In this document: piece by piece, positions 22,491 through 35,534 of the stretch
Layout of the letters: each line of letters begins with the position of its first letter
Numbering within the stretch: the stretch's first letter is position 1
Assembly: GCF_036321535.1 (NCBI RefSeq)
Contig: NC_087464.1
Span: forward strand, 24,676,001 to 24,740,000
From: Camelus dromedarius
Taxonomy: Eukaryota
Direction: 5' to 3'
Length of the DNA: 64,000 bases
The notes under the pieces: model-generated
Seen by the model: the letters and a program-made list of their open reading frames with translations, nothing else
Database searches by the model: none
What the model was told of the DNA's origin: nothing
Program-made: the position numbers and the translations under genes

Positions 22491-24689
22491 ATGCTCATTA
22501 TCTTGATTGCTGTGGTCTCATGGCATATACATATGTCAAGCCTTACTAACTTACACACTTTAAATATGTGATGTTTATTGCATGCAAGTTCTATCTCAGT
22601 GAAGCTGGGTTTTTTTAAAGTTTGCTTAAAATGTCAAGGAAGAAAAGGATGTCATCGATGGGTTCAACAACATGGAGGGTATCAATCCAGAGTGACTTGC
22701 TGTCTGGATTTGCCCAGGACTCAGGTGGCTCCTGGAAGGAAAGACATTCCATTTTAAAACCTGAGAAAGTCTCAGGCATGTGGGGATGAGCAGGTTACCC
22801 TACTGATGACACTAACAAGAACAATAGGGGCTGGAAGTCGATGGCAACCTCGTCAGAAGCTATCTCGGGGGGATGATGGAAAAAAGGACTGGGGGCACCG
22901 CGTACAGTCAGCTCCTCTGAGTTTTTTGGCTGCAGCAAGGAGAGAAAGGCGGGAAGAGCTGGAGGGGCTGTGAGGGCAAGGAAGTCGGGTTTTAAGATGG
23001 GAGTCATTGCAGCCTGTGTGTGCTGATGGAAGGAACCCGGTAGAGAACATTTTTTTGTGACACTGAGAAGAGGTGCTTGCAGGAGAAAAGGCCTCCAACA
23101 GGAGAGGACTGCTTGTCTCCACAGGCATCCTGAGGCTCCCTGCCAGGCCACAGGGGCTCCCCAGTGGGTCATGGGACCCCAAAGTGCAAGGTCTCTCTTC
23201 AGTTCTTACATCCAAGTGACATGCTTCCACACTCTAATCTCCGGAGCCACTAAGGGCTACTTACTAGTAACCTAATGACCGAGTCATGGACGGTACTGAG
23301 TGTGCTGTCCATCACCAGAAGTGACCCTGGACTCTGTGTCCTTTTCTAAGAAATCTGGCTGCCACGCAGCCCTTAGCAATGTTGTCAAACTTCCTGCTTT
23401 GCGTGCGCACTTGCAGATGGGTAGAATTTCACGATTTGGGGGAAGAATGCACAATCAGGGTTGCCCTGAACCAGTTGTGGATTCCTTTTCCATTATTGAT
23501 GACCGTGCCGTTTCTATTATAAAAGTGTCTTTTATTTTTGCCTAAACATTCATCCGTTTAGCTTTTTGTAGGTTGTTGGGTTAATTTCACAATCTACAGT
23601 GATTCGGATTTTGCATTAATCGTTTTTAACCTGTATTCTCCGATAACAGACTGCAACACCCTGTAAGTCTCATGTTCAGTTGTGAAGCACTCACATCTCT
23701 GTTGCCTGTGTCATGTGTGTCGGTCAGCTACTGGCATAAGTAAAATGAAATTATTGAGGTTTTTTTAGGAAATTGTTTTATTGCACAAAAATCTATTAAG
23801 TCTGTTCATATTCCTCTAAAGTAACTAATAAGTGAATCATTTATATTACAGTAACATGATAAATCCAACTTGTGTTTCTTCTCTTTCTGTGTCATCCTTG
23901 AGGTTTTTCTTAGTGGAAACTTGAGGGCGAGGGAGAGCGCAAAGCTTTAAATTCTGCCTATAGGTACCACAGTCGAAAGGCTCAGGAGCCTGGGCTGTGG
24001 AGGCCACACCCAAGGCTTCTCAGGACAAGGCTTCATGCTGAGCAGCACAGGCAGAGTTGACGCCTCCCAAGTCATGTCAGCGGCAGGGTTCCTGATTCCA
24101 GGCTCTCCCCACGGGTGTCCATAGGCCATTCCTTCTTCCTAAGGGGCGCCTGGGGAAAGCTGCGGCTTTGCTTCGCGAGAATAACATCCTATTTTCTGGC
24201 CCGTGTCTTTCCTTTTTCCTTCTCTCCTTTGGCTTCTCTCTTTCCCTTGCCCCAAGACTTACTGTTCTAACTATAGTTTCTAACAGGTGTGCAGCCAGGG
24301 CCGGGAGGCTGTGGTCCAACTGTCCCCAGACACATGGATTCTCTCCAGCTGTCTTGCTGCAATCGTGGGGCCCTGAGCACACTTGCTGAGTGAGGCTAGC
24401 CCTGCCGGGGTCATGGCAGGGGGGAGGGGCAGAGGCAGGGGCAGCTTCTCATTCCCGGGGCAGAGCAGAGGCCGGGAGAGTGGGTAAGTTGTCCCCAGAT
24501 CTGGGAGCTCTGCTCTGGTTCAGCAAGGAATCAGGAAGTAGGTCCTATTTTCCCATTCTTGGGAGACACTGCCGGATGTCTACCCAGTGTCCATCCCCTC
24601 CTCCTTTGTTCTTATTAACATCACCCTCATCTGAACCTCGCCTGGCTCAGAGTAGACACCCGCTATGGTTGAACTACTGCTGTGTCATT

Positions 24690-24810
24690 TAATCCACACG
24701 CACACTCACTGGGCAGAAGAATTTGTACCTATGCTCAATGACTTACCTGAGATCTCACAGCCAGTGGCTGCCAGAGCTGGGATTCAACCCAGGTCTGTCT
24801 GACTCAGAGA
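24690..24810 (-). mobile_element. MIR SINE
   Basis: TGACTTACCTGAG.TC.CACAGCCAG..AGAGCTGGGATTCAACCCAGGTCTGTCTGACTC. Confidence 0.8.
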
Positions 24811-25249
24811 TTTGTCCTCTTGCCTCTCTGCCTCCTGTCTCTCTAAGAAGAGGAAGAATCCACACACACAGGTGGGAGCCTTAGGAAGCACGCGTGAGAT
24901 GCAGGCTCATCTCTGGGGATGAGCGCATCCTGTGGAACCCAGGACAGGCTCTCCCCAGGGCCACCCAAAGTTTCACTCCCCTCTCCCAGCACATGGCCTA
25001 GAGTCTGTGTGCAGTGCAGGCTCAACGGGGGAAGAATAGATGGAAGCGAGGAGAGACAAAGGGGAAAAGGAGGGATGGAGGAAGATACCAAACAGACATG
25101 TCCTCAGCTTCCTTCCCCCGCCCCAGGCCCCGGGTTTAAGGATAGTTTATCAGTTAGGACAGGCATTTAGTTAAGAAAAACAGAGATGGAACTTAAACGT
25201 GTAAGCGTTTTTTATTGTTTTTCCCACTTGCAACCAGAGCGGTAGGTAG

Positions 25250-26300
25250 TGACGTTGTGTCAGTGGTTCAGAGATGCTGTGTCTGCAGTCTCTGCTCCTC
25301 TCGGCCTTTGCCTCGTGGTCATAAGATGGCTGCTGCAGCGCTGATCATCATGATCCGAGCAGGAGGAAAGGAAGGAAGGCAGTCTTTCTTGGGAACCTTT
25401 CATTTATGTCTTCCTGGCCAGAACCGGGCTGGGGAATGTGCAGTGTGGGGTCTGTTTTGTTTTTAGCAAGGCTTCTTTGTTCTGTCGCCCCTTCCCTGCC
25501 TCCTTCTCCAGTTCTCAGTCCCAGGATATAGTCTCTAAAGTACAAATGAAGCTCAGCTCATACATATAACTGCAGAAGAAAGGACAAAGCAGGTCCTGCT
25601 GAAATTATGAAGATTCTAAGAATGGATCCAAACCCCAGAAGTTTCAGACTTGACTTCCAGAGCACAAGCTCTGTCCCCTTCAGACCCAGGCTTTCTGTGG
25701 ATGGATGGCTCTTCTGCGAGAGCCCTGGTCCCCAGAACACACGAAGAGGGCAGAACCGACCTCAGCCACCAGGGAGCAAATTCTGAGTCGGTTGGGATGT
25801 TTTCAGCTACAAGTGACAGAAAGCCTGAACACAAGTATCTCTGAGAGAGTTTACCGTCCCACACATCAGGAAGCCCAGAACTCTCTCGTTTTCTGAGAGC
25901 TGCCCCACTCTACCTGTTGGCTGGTAGGAAGATGGTCACAGACGTTTCCAGGCGTCACAGCTAGATAAGGAAGAGAGACCATCTCTTCCCGGGGTTATTT
26001 ATTAGAAGTGAGGAAACCTTTCCCAAAGGCCTCCTCAAAGACTTTCCTTCACGTCTCCCGTGGCCTCTCCACGAGGCGCAGGCGTCCCCACGTGGCTCGG
26101 GCGTCCCCACACCATGGAGGCTGGGCTCCCAGGGCAAGCATCGGGAGAGAGGGGGACAGAGAACCAGGTGGAAGTCGCAGCTCTTTTCATGACCTGGCCT
26201 CAGAAGTCACACAGTGTCACTTCCCCCACATTCTGTTCATGGAGACAGTCGCAAAGCCTCACCCAGCTTGAAGGAGGGGGCGGTGGAATCTAACTCATGA
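25250..26300 (-). mobile_element. Several old MLT1 (H-N type) LTR fragments
   Basis: AAGATGGCTGCTGCAGC; TTTCAGCTACAAGTGACAGAAA; CCTGGCCTCAGAAGTCACACAGTGTCACTTCC. Confidence 0.6.
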
Positions 26301-28469
26301 TGAGGCAGTAACAAGCCTGGAAGAGCAGATGAGAACTGGCACATTATGGCCACTTTCAGAAAATACAGTCTCTTGCATCAGAAGATCCTGTCACCCTGTC
26401 ACTCTGCACAACCTGCCTCTGCCTGCCCCTGCCCGCCCTCCCCACCCCGGCCGCAGTCACTTCCATATCTGGGTCTTACCTGGAGCCCCTGCAGAACCCT
26501 AGTGCAGGGGAGTCTGGGCAACGCTGTCTGTAGCTTTGCAGCCTCTGTCGCACGGGAAGGTAAGCCGAAGCAGGGCGGAATAGGTGGTAAGTGACGCGGC
26601 TTACGGGGTCTGCCACGGCTGATGACGAGGAAGAGGGAGTAAATGAGTGAGTGGGGAGTGGCCCACGCGGCCTGCTTCTGAGCCCGGCCTTTTCTGTTTC
26701 TCCTGCTTAACTCTTCCCTGTAGCATTCAGCAGGTGCTTGTGGAGCATCTCCCGTGTCCAAGGCAAGCTAGACTCAACAGGACAGATGGGGGGTTTAGAC
26801 TCTGTGAAAGACAGTCGTAAACAGAGAGTTATTATAAATGACTATGTACGTACAGTCGGGCTTTACAAAGAAGCAGCGTCTTCCGTCCGTCCTGTTCCCA
26901 CGTGTACATCTTGTCGGCCAGCCCAGCAGGGAACATCAGGAGCCAGAGACTTCCCTGAGCCTTCCTCCGCAAATCCTCTGTGGTCGTTACGGGACAGAGC
27001 TCATCCAGATGCTCAGATGTTACTCAGCGCATTCACTACTCAGAGGCAAGCAACAAAGGTTAATAAAGGGCAGTCAGTGTTTAAATAAATGTGAAACTCT
27101 GTAACAGGCTGGTATCAACAGCATCTGGACAAACGTGTAACCAACCAGAGCAGAATGAGGGCTTTGGCCTCAAAGACGAGAACGGCTCAATTCCAGGGAC
27201 AACCCCCGAGCGCCGACGAGAGTGGGCGGCGGGGCCCAGTTCAAGACACACGAGTGGCATTGCCGTGCCGGGGCCAACCTTACCCACTTGTTTCGGGACG
27301 TGTAAATGTTAGATTTCCTCAACATCAGCCCTGGTTGGAACTTAAGCTCCCAAGGAAAACCTGCCATTCATTCCAGGGCAGTGTGGGTGTGGACAGCGGA
27401 ATGAGGGGATCGCGACTGGACTGTGTGTCTGGAAACAGCCGCCCCCGTGTTGATCGGCCCGAAGGTGCTCTCACGACCCATTCGGGCTCCCCGCACAGGC
27501 CCCCGCTGGTAGCTAACCCAAGCGCCTGCGCTGACCCTGTCGCACGCATTCAGTCCTGTGTTATTTCCTCAATTACCATAATGAAGTCAGGGGAGTAAAC
27601 AGCCCGGCCTCACACCCGTTCTTCTCTCTGATGTTTTCTTCTCAAGGAACAAACACACAGCTTCATTACCAACAAGCTCAGAATAAATTAATAGGAGCTA
27701 AAATCCGTGAAATTAGGTTCGCTTTTCTAATTAGCTGGAGAGTTCACAGATACCGGGACGGTCTTTATCACAGGCTCACTTCTTCTCCAGAAGGGGACGG
27801 CCATTTGTGATCTCAGGAAATTAAACCCTCCCCTCCTACGTTCTACAAAGGAACTTCCGATTGAAGTGTAAATGCTGTTTCTGTCAGCCACCTGGAAGAT
27901 CATTTTGAAGTTGTGCATCTTGAGCAAATTCCTCGTTAATTCCATCCTGTGCCTGGGAGATCGTGTGATACAGCAATTTCCATTTTCAAAGGAATTGTCT
28001 TTTCACTAATAATGTCCTCAGCTTAGTGGGCGCCCTCCTCCGTGGAGTTCAAAGTGATCTGGGGGCCTCTTGTCTTTAATTCTCACATCCCAGACAGAGG
28101 AAACAGGGGCCAGGAGAGAAGGCAACTGCTTTCCTGACAGTCAAGTGAAGGAAGCTGAGGTCGGGGAGCCAGGGGCCCAGGGAGACGTGGAGCAAAGCTC
28201 GCGAGATGACCCAGCGTGTCACTGTCAGCCCTGGAGCATCCAACTCTACTATATTCCTTGCTCCCAGCTAACCAACCATCCCAATTGTCTCCCAAAAGTC
28301 TAAAATTATCAAACAGACCCATGGAGCTCTAAGTGAGGACTCCAGAGGCCTGACATTGCCTCTTCTAATGATTTACTGTAAGTGACTTAAAAGGACAAAG
28401 TTTGCCCAATGAAGGAATCAGCCCCTGTCCAAAGCAGCTAGATGCCCGCTTTCCAGGAATTCCTTCACT

Positions 28470-28770
28470 CATGAATGCATTCGGTTATTTGACAAAATTT
28501 TCTTGAGCACCTACTATGTGCCAGGTGCTATTCTGGGCACTGGGGATGGAGAAATGAATAAAATGAATGAAAATCTTTGCTTTCACAGAGGTTATTCTAG
28601 TGGGGAAGACAAACAGTACACAAGATAAACTGGCAAAATATAAGGTTTGTTAAATGGTGATAAATGCTAGGGAGAAAATAAAACAGGGTCGTGGAATTTT
28701 AAATGTCAGGATGTGTGAAGGGCTGAGTTTTCAGCGGGAATGACCAGAGAGCACCGCGTTGAAAGAACCC
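28470..28770 (-). mobile_element. L2a 3' end
   Basis: TTGAGCACCTACTATGTGCCAGGTGCTATTCTGGGCACTGGGGAT. Confidence 0.85.
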
Positions 28771-28940
28771 AGGGAGAGGCGGAAGACCGCGGCGGTGGCT
28801 GTGGAGGGTGACGCCGCCTGGTGAAGAACAGGAGCCTGGTGTTTTCTCTAGTCTCTTTTGAAGTCAGTTTGTGCCTCTTGCTTATGCATTTGTGAATGGG
28901 GCCAATATCTATCCTTCATAGAAGTTAAGAAATTAACATC

Positions 28941-30090
28941 TGTATTGAGTTGAAGAGTGTCCCTCCAAAATTCACATCCACAGGGTCCTCAGAATGTAAC
29001 CTAATTGGAAATGGGGTCTCTGCAGATGTAATCAGCTAAAATGAGGTCATACTGGATTATAGTGGGCCCTAATTCCAACGACTGGTGTCCTTGTAAGAAG
29101 GCCATGCAGAGACACAGAGGACACCCATGGGAAGACGGCCATGTGAAGAAGGAGGCAGAAATTGGAGAGATGGAGCTGTAAGTCAAGGAGTGCCAAGGAT
29201 TGCCAGCAACCAAGGCTAAGAGAAAGGCAAGGAACAAATTCTCCCTGAGAACCTCCAGAGGAACCTTGATCTGGGGCTTCAATTCTCCTGAGCTGTGAGA
29301 GCGTCCATTTCTTCTGTTTTAAGCTGCCCGGTTTGTGGTCATTTGTTACGACAGTCCTAGGAAACCAAGACGGGTTTTGGCACCTGGAAGGGGTGCTGCT
29401 GTAACAAATACTGAAAATGTGGAAGACCTTTGGAATTGGGTGAGGGGTAGAGGCTGGAAGAATTTTGAGATGAAAGATAGAAGCAGCCTAGCCTGCTGTG
29501 AGGAGAGTGCTAGCAAAAAGTGTGAACAGTAGAGGAGATTCTGCTGAGAGCTCAGAAGGAAGTTAAGAGGATGGCAGAGAACACTTCTGTTGGCTTGGAG
29601 AAAAAATGTACTGTCATCTACAGAAAACTGACAGACGTAGGAACATTAAAGATGTCTCTGGTGAGATCGCAAATGAAAATGAAGAGCATGTTACTGGAAA
29701 CCGGAAGTTACGTGATCCTCGTTCTAAAATGGCAGAGAACTAGATGAACTGTGTTCTAGTGGGAAGTAGGGCTTGTAAGTGATGAGCTTGGATATTTAGC
29801 TGAGGGTAACCGCCGGGCAGAACATGGAAGGTGTAGCCTGGTTTCTCTTTGCTGCTTGTAGTTACATGTGAGAGGAAAGAGATAAATTGAGAAGAAACTA
29901 TTCAACAAAAAGGAACCAGAACTTGATGATCTGGAAATTCTCAGCCTATCTATACTATGCAAGACTCTGAGGCACACTCTGGAGGCGACACCCACCAAGG
30001 GTGTGGCCCGACAGTCTTCTACGCAAGAGACTTGGTGTGTGGCTCATTGATCCAACTAAGCATCTCAGCAGAAGTCAGGAGCAGAGTTGT
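28941..30090 (+). mobile_element. MLT1B/C LTR (28941-29372) plus adjoining MLT1 internal sequence
   Basis: The LTR runs TGTATTGAGTTGAA..GTCCCTCCAAAATTCA to CCTAGGAAACCAAGACG. It is followed by GGTTTTGGCACCTGGAAG.GGGTGCTGCTGTAACAAATAC..AATGTGGAAG, the MaLR-int start. Confidence 0.85.
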
Positions 30091-30639
30091 GTCACAGGCT
30101 CACCTGTCTGTCTGAGAAGATCCACTGAGCATCACTTTAAGTCTTTCTGAGATCTAAGCAAAGAGGCTTATAATCATAATGCCTTCTTTACTTGAGACCA
30201 TTTCTTATTTTGAGAATCTTTTGCTGGCAAGACTATCCTGGACTCTCCGTATTGCCTCTGAATTCTTCTTGCGAACCAAATTGTTCTTTCTTGAGTTTCT
30301 CTTTCTCTTGCAATGCCTTATCGTGTGCTGCTACGGAAACCAGTGGGCACTTTCCAGAATTCTTCCTGCAAGCCTCCTTAGCCAGATTCACAGGCTCATT
30401 TGCTACATTTTCAGTCTCAAAGATAACACTAACCATTCCCCCACAACATAACACAGGTTGCCCTTTCTCCACCTCCCAAGGGCAGTTTTCTCACTGCCTT
30501 TCCAGAATCCACATCCTCATCATCCTTCCAGCATCCAGCTGCCACTCAGCCCCAACTCTATTACCGTTTTAAATTTTGATTACGGTAGCACCTCTACTCC
30601 TATGTACAAAGTTCCATTTCAGTTAAGCTCTGAAAATTT

Positions 30640-30920
30640 TTTTTAAAAAACTACCTCAAAACTTAGTAGACTAAAATCAGCAATCTGGACTGCTCAGTTG
30701 GACTCTTTATCTCTGCAACAGATGGTTTCAGCTGACTCTCAAGCATTTGCAGCCAGCTGGTGCCTCTTCTGGGGATGGAGGAACCGCTCTGGCCTCCCTT
30801 ACGTGCCTTGCGCTCAGCTGGGATGACTGACGTGGCTGAAGATGGCCTGGGCTCAGTCTCTGCACAAGGATTCTTATCTGCAAGGCGGCTATCGTGCGCT
30901 CCTCGGCAGGGAGTCTCAGG
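30640..30920 (-). mobile_element. Old MLT1 LTR fragment
   Basis: AACTACCTCAAAACTTAGTAGACTAAAA..CAGCTGGGATGACTG. Confidence 0.5.
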
Positions 30921-33900
30921 AAACATGAAAGGCTCCTCAAGGACCAGGCTCAGCCCTTGCACAACATCCCTTTCTCTGCATTCTCTTTGCCCAAGCAAGT
31001 CCCAGGCCCAGCCCAGAGTCCGCATGGGACAGAACTACAGAGGGGCACGAATCCAGCACCTTTGCCTCTTAATACTCTACCTGGAGCCTAAAAGACTGGA
31101 GGTGGTCTGGGGCCCTCTAGACCGAAGGAGAGGCTCTGGCGTGGAAGTGCTGAGTCAGGGCTGACAAATGAGCCAGTGACCGTGTGCAGTGTGCCCCCCT
31201 CGCTGGTGGAGAGGGTCCCCTGCACCAGGAGGGAGGAATCAGCCACCCCTGCCCTGTGCGCTCTGGCCTCGGCTCCCTCCTCTCCCCACGCACTCCCCAC
31301 TCACCCTCCTGGCTGGAAGGGTGATCCCAGGGCCCAGGCTCCTGCCCACTCGCCCCTCGCCGTCACCATGCCTGGGCTACCGTGATGGGAACGGGCTCTG
31401 CCCCGAAGCCCCCCTCACAGCAGCTCGGGGCCGGAGACCCAGGCACTGGCAAAGAGCAGAAAGTGGAGGGTGGGCACGAGCACCCCCGGGGTGTCCCCCC
31501 ACGGCGGGCTCTCTGGCTGCTGGAAGGGCCCCACCTGCCACAGAACCAGAGACTGTGAAGGGCCTGAGCCACTAAACAGATAGAGATGGAGGCCCAGAGA
31601 GGAGCCTCCAGGCAGTGGTCCGCGGCAGACCCCTGCCTTAGGCCTGGGGGTCTGACCCCTAAGTAGCTCATTCATTCTCTCTGGGGGTCCGTCAGCAGAG
31701 ACTGACCTGGATGGGAAGGCTTGCCAGGACTTGCCTCCAGCACAGAGGAGAGGGTGCAGGGGAAATAGAGTGAGGAAATGGAGAGGAGGCTGTCCGTTCC
31801 CCCGGGAACCCCCCCACAGCAGAACCCTCTCCCCACCTGGGGCCTCCTGTCAGCAGGACCACCGTGAAGCAGGGCCAGGCCTTGGGGTGTCTCTAGGTCC
31901 TGAGCTTGCCGTGTTCTTCCTGGTCCATCAGAGGGGTTGCTGCCCTGACTCCAGCCCTCAGGCCCCAGCCAGCATCCCAGCCTCTTGCCCCAGCTGCCGG
32001 CTCAGGCAGCCCTGACACGGCCTTGACCAGCCCCGCTCCCTCGGCCCCCACCCCTCCTGGCCCTCCAGGCCGCCCACTGCCTCAGCCCCCAGAGAGCACA
32101 GCCGGCCATTCCCTGAGCTCACTGGTCAGTCACCTTCCCTGCCCCTACTCTGTGCTGGGCCCGGGAGACATCGATGACTCAGAGCCAGCCCTGCCCTCGG
32201 GTCCTTCCTAGACGTGGACAAATAGCCATTTTCCCTCTGACAAGCAGATTGATGCCTCCCTCTCAGGAGAGGCTCTTAGGGCCTGGGAAACGCTGCCCCC
32301 TCCACGTCCAGAGCAGCTCTGAGGACGGAGAGCCCCGTACCTGTGGTCCCTCTCCCCAGCCACCGCCTCCTGCCTGGGATTTTCCATCCCTCGTCGGGTG
32401 ACAGGGAGAAGAGGACTGAGAAGGGCCAGGGAGGCTGGAGAGAGGTGGAGGCTCACGGGTATCCTCGTGCACACACTGACAGTCCCACGCAGCCCGTCAG
32501 ACGGCACACACGCACCATGCGCGTGCACAGCTTGGAGACACAAACACCAGGTGTGAGTGCACACGCACACACACCACACAGGATCACGTGCACACAAAAA
32601 TAATACGGAGGCATGCACATGCTGCAGCCACGGCACACAGACGCTCACACGCAGACTAGCTCGGGTGAGGTCACCCAGGTCTCACGATCACAGAGGGCAC
32701 GGGCGTCACATTGGCTCTGCCCTGGGGCTGGGTGGTGCTCCCTGCAGCCTGGGCTGTCACACAGCCCCTATTTCTGTGGGCTGCAGCCTATGACAAGAAG
32801 AGGGGAAATGGAGAAAGGTTGGCAGGTGCATTTTGAGGAAGTCCTCAGCCAGGCTGTGGGGCACCCACAGTGGTCCCGGAACAGGGTAGGATCCAAAAGA
32901 AGTGTGGGGATTGTGAGTCTGGGGGTACACAGCCAGCCACACTCCCCCCACTGCAGGCCAGGAAGTGCCAACTCAGTGTTCAAACTAGGGAGCCACTACC
33001 CGGGGCCACGGGAACTTCAGCACCCCACCACTGGCCTCTGCTGAGAGGGGGGGCTCCAAAGCCCCCGGCCCCTTCCCTCCCCCCCACCCCACTGGGCATC
33101 CCAGACGCAGACCTGCTGCTCCAGCAGATTTCAGGGCTGGGAGCAGAGGAATCGATGATGCTCGGAGCACTTACAGCCAGTGGGAGAAGCCGCCCTGGGC
33201 CTCCCTGACACCAGAAATAAATGATTCCACGAACAGAAAACCACTCAGACGAGCCGGAACGACCCGCTGGAGAGGGCTTTGACCTTGAGGGATGGCCCTG
33301 CCAGCGGCATCCCGCTGCTGCAAGCAGCCCAGGGTCAGGCCACACAGCATCCAGGCCCCAGGACCCCCACAGCCCAAGCCGCAGCCACCGACAGCTCCGC
33401 CAGGCAGCCTCCCAGCCCAGGCACTCGTGGGACCGGAACCCGGAGGCCAGCCTTTTAGAGAGCAGATGTTTGGAAGGATCTGTCTGTAGACAAAAGTGAG
33501 GTTTAGTTTTCTTAAGCAGAAAACCTGGTTTCTTTATCATCTCACATGACTCCAAACCAGTAGGCGCATGAGATCCCTGGCTCATGGGGGACCCCCACCA
33601 CCTGCTAGCTCCCCCCAAGTGTCTCCAGGAGTCCCAGGAGGGGCCCCGCGTGTACTTGTGAGTGAAGCTGGGCAGCTGCTGTACAACAGCTGCATATTTA
33701 TTCCTCTTCCACTGGGGACGGTGTCCGCCTGACACTGCCATGTCAGCCGGGTAGTTCTGCGTCCCTCTGGCACCACTGTGGAGCCCAGTCTGTCCCCTAG
33801 CCAGGCAGAGTGGGCAAAACCTCCCTCCTCCCTCGCCATGCTCAGTCAGAGGGGTCCAGAGCAGGGCTGCTTGGGCCCCACTGCCTTATGGAAGTCTAGG

Positions 33901-34987
33901 AAAATAACTTTAGCAATTACGACCATCCCAGCCATCCTTTCTCCCACACCTTAGCATCCAGACCTGAGCCCATGGGGACTGGTGATGGAGACAGAACAAC
34001 TCTGCCCCTAATGCCTCCACTGGCCTGGCCACCTCTTCCCAAAGGCAAGGACTCTTTCCAAATGCCCATCAGTCTACGTGAAAGAGGATGCCACCTCCTC
34101 AGTCACCAGAATTATCCAGTCTCGGAATTCTGGGGCTGGACATTGGTTTGGCTGCAGCAAGGAGCCCTTTACACACAGACACACGTTGAGCCCACAGAAG
34201 CAATGACGGCGCGCTAACAACGTCGAAACCAAGGGCCTGGCTTGGCGCTGCTCGCCGCCACCTCCACCTGAAGCTGCCCGAGGGACCAACCGAACATTGT
34301 CTCCCGGGGTGGAGCCAGGCACTCTGCGCAGGGCTGGGACCTGACCGCCGCCTCCCTCCCCGTGCTGTGGACAAAGATGGAGGATCTAGACTCCCACATC
34401 CCTTGCCCCACTCGCTTCTGTTCCATAAAAAATAAAGATGGTTGATGCAGAAGGAGGGAGAAATCACTGACCCACGTGAGACACCAGCGCTCCTCTAGGA
34501 GCTCCCCCCACCTCACAGCGCCATCTCTGGCCTCCAGGACCCTGGCTCAGCCTCGCAGCCCCTACCCTGCTGCTCTGAGACAGGCCCTGAGGATTGACGC
34601 ACCTGCAGCCTCAGTAACCAGCCTCCCGAAGGGCTCAGCTGGCACCCCAACCTCCTCTCCCCTCTCAGTGTGACCTGAGGGACTCTGCCCTGGAAAGCCC
34701 GTTGCCTCTGCCTTCTGCATTTACAGGGAAGTCTGAGTGTGGAGCGGGCCTCTGGCTGGGCGTCACCCAAATACCCACACTCTCCTCGAAGACGCTGCCG
34801 ACAACATCCCAAGTGTGTGCTTCTCGGGCTCAAGCAGCCCGAAGAGGCTCCTCGGGAGAGAAGAGGGCCCTGGAAGAGTGGGTGTGTGTCCTAGTGGGCA
34901 CAAGGTGAGAGGAGGGTCTCACAGTCGGGCCTGAGGACTACGGGACCCCGTTCGGGGCTGTGATCCCCCGTGGGGCAGCGAAGGGAG

Positions 34988-35534
34988 TGAAGTGGCTCAG
35001 AACATGTCGCCTCAAAATCCACTGCTCTGGCGTCCTGATTATTCTGAGCTCAGGACACTGAAGAAACAGCAGGTGCAGAAAGGGCTTTCTGCCCTCCCCC
35101 TTTCTACCTAAAAGCAGGTCATAAAATTCCTCCGAGAAAGGTGCCCTCCCTGCACGAGGAAGGGAAGAACTTTCTCACCAGCAGAGCCTGGGAGTTGACG
35201 TCTAAATGAGCCTGTACAAGCAAACCTACTAAAATAACCCTAGTCTTCCATTCGTCCCCCCATGTATCTTCCCGTCACTGTTCCACAACTTACTGCCCAA
35301 TCCCCTTTGTCTTCTCACAGCCCCACAGTTTATCCTTCTTTGTATAAAAAGGGATGCAAGCTTCCGGGCCTGACGGCTTCTTCGGGTCTTCATTTTCCTT
35401 CTGAAGACACCTGCGTGCACATAGAGAACATTGGATAAAGCTGTGCACATCCCCTGTTACTCTCTCGTGTCTGTTCAGTTGCTAGGCCAGCCGCAGAGCC
35501 CAGGAGGGCAGAAGGACGTTTTTCCTCCCCTGCA
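34988..35534 (+). mobile_element. MER34-like ERV1-class solo LTR
   Basis: TG..CA termini and a perfect 4-bp TSD GGAG (34984-34987, 35535-35538). TCTGCCCTCCCCCTTTCTACCTAAAAGCAGGTCATAAA is MER34-like. TATAAAAA at 35343. Confidence 0.85.

Larger units (their letters stand above)
19115..22620 (+). mobile_element. Old L1M (MB/MC-like) with an inverted 5' piece (19115-19290), interrupted by nested insertions
   Basis: ORF2 phrases ATCATCTCAATAGATG..AAAAGCATTTGACAA and TTATTTGCAGAGGAC (FAED, decayed FADD). The 3'UTR (AATCTATAGTGACAGAAA..GATCAGTGGTT) resumes after an MLT1 and ends near TCTATCTCAGTGAAGCTG. Confidence 0.8.

Noticed and set aside
32980-33741. 253-aa minus-strand ORF
   Set aside because: No recognisable family, no supporting splice structure, and a GC-rich background where ORFs of this length arise by chance.
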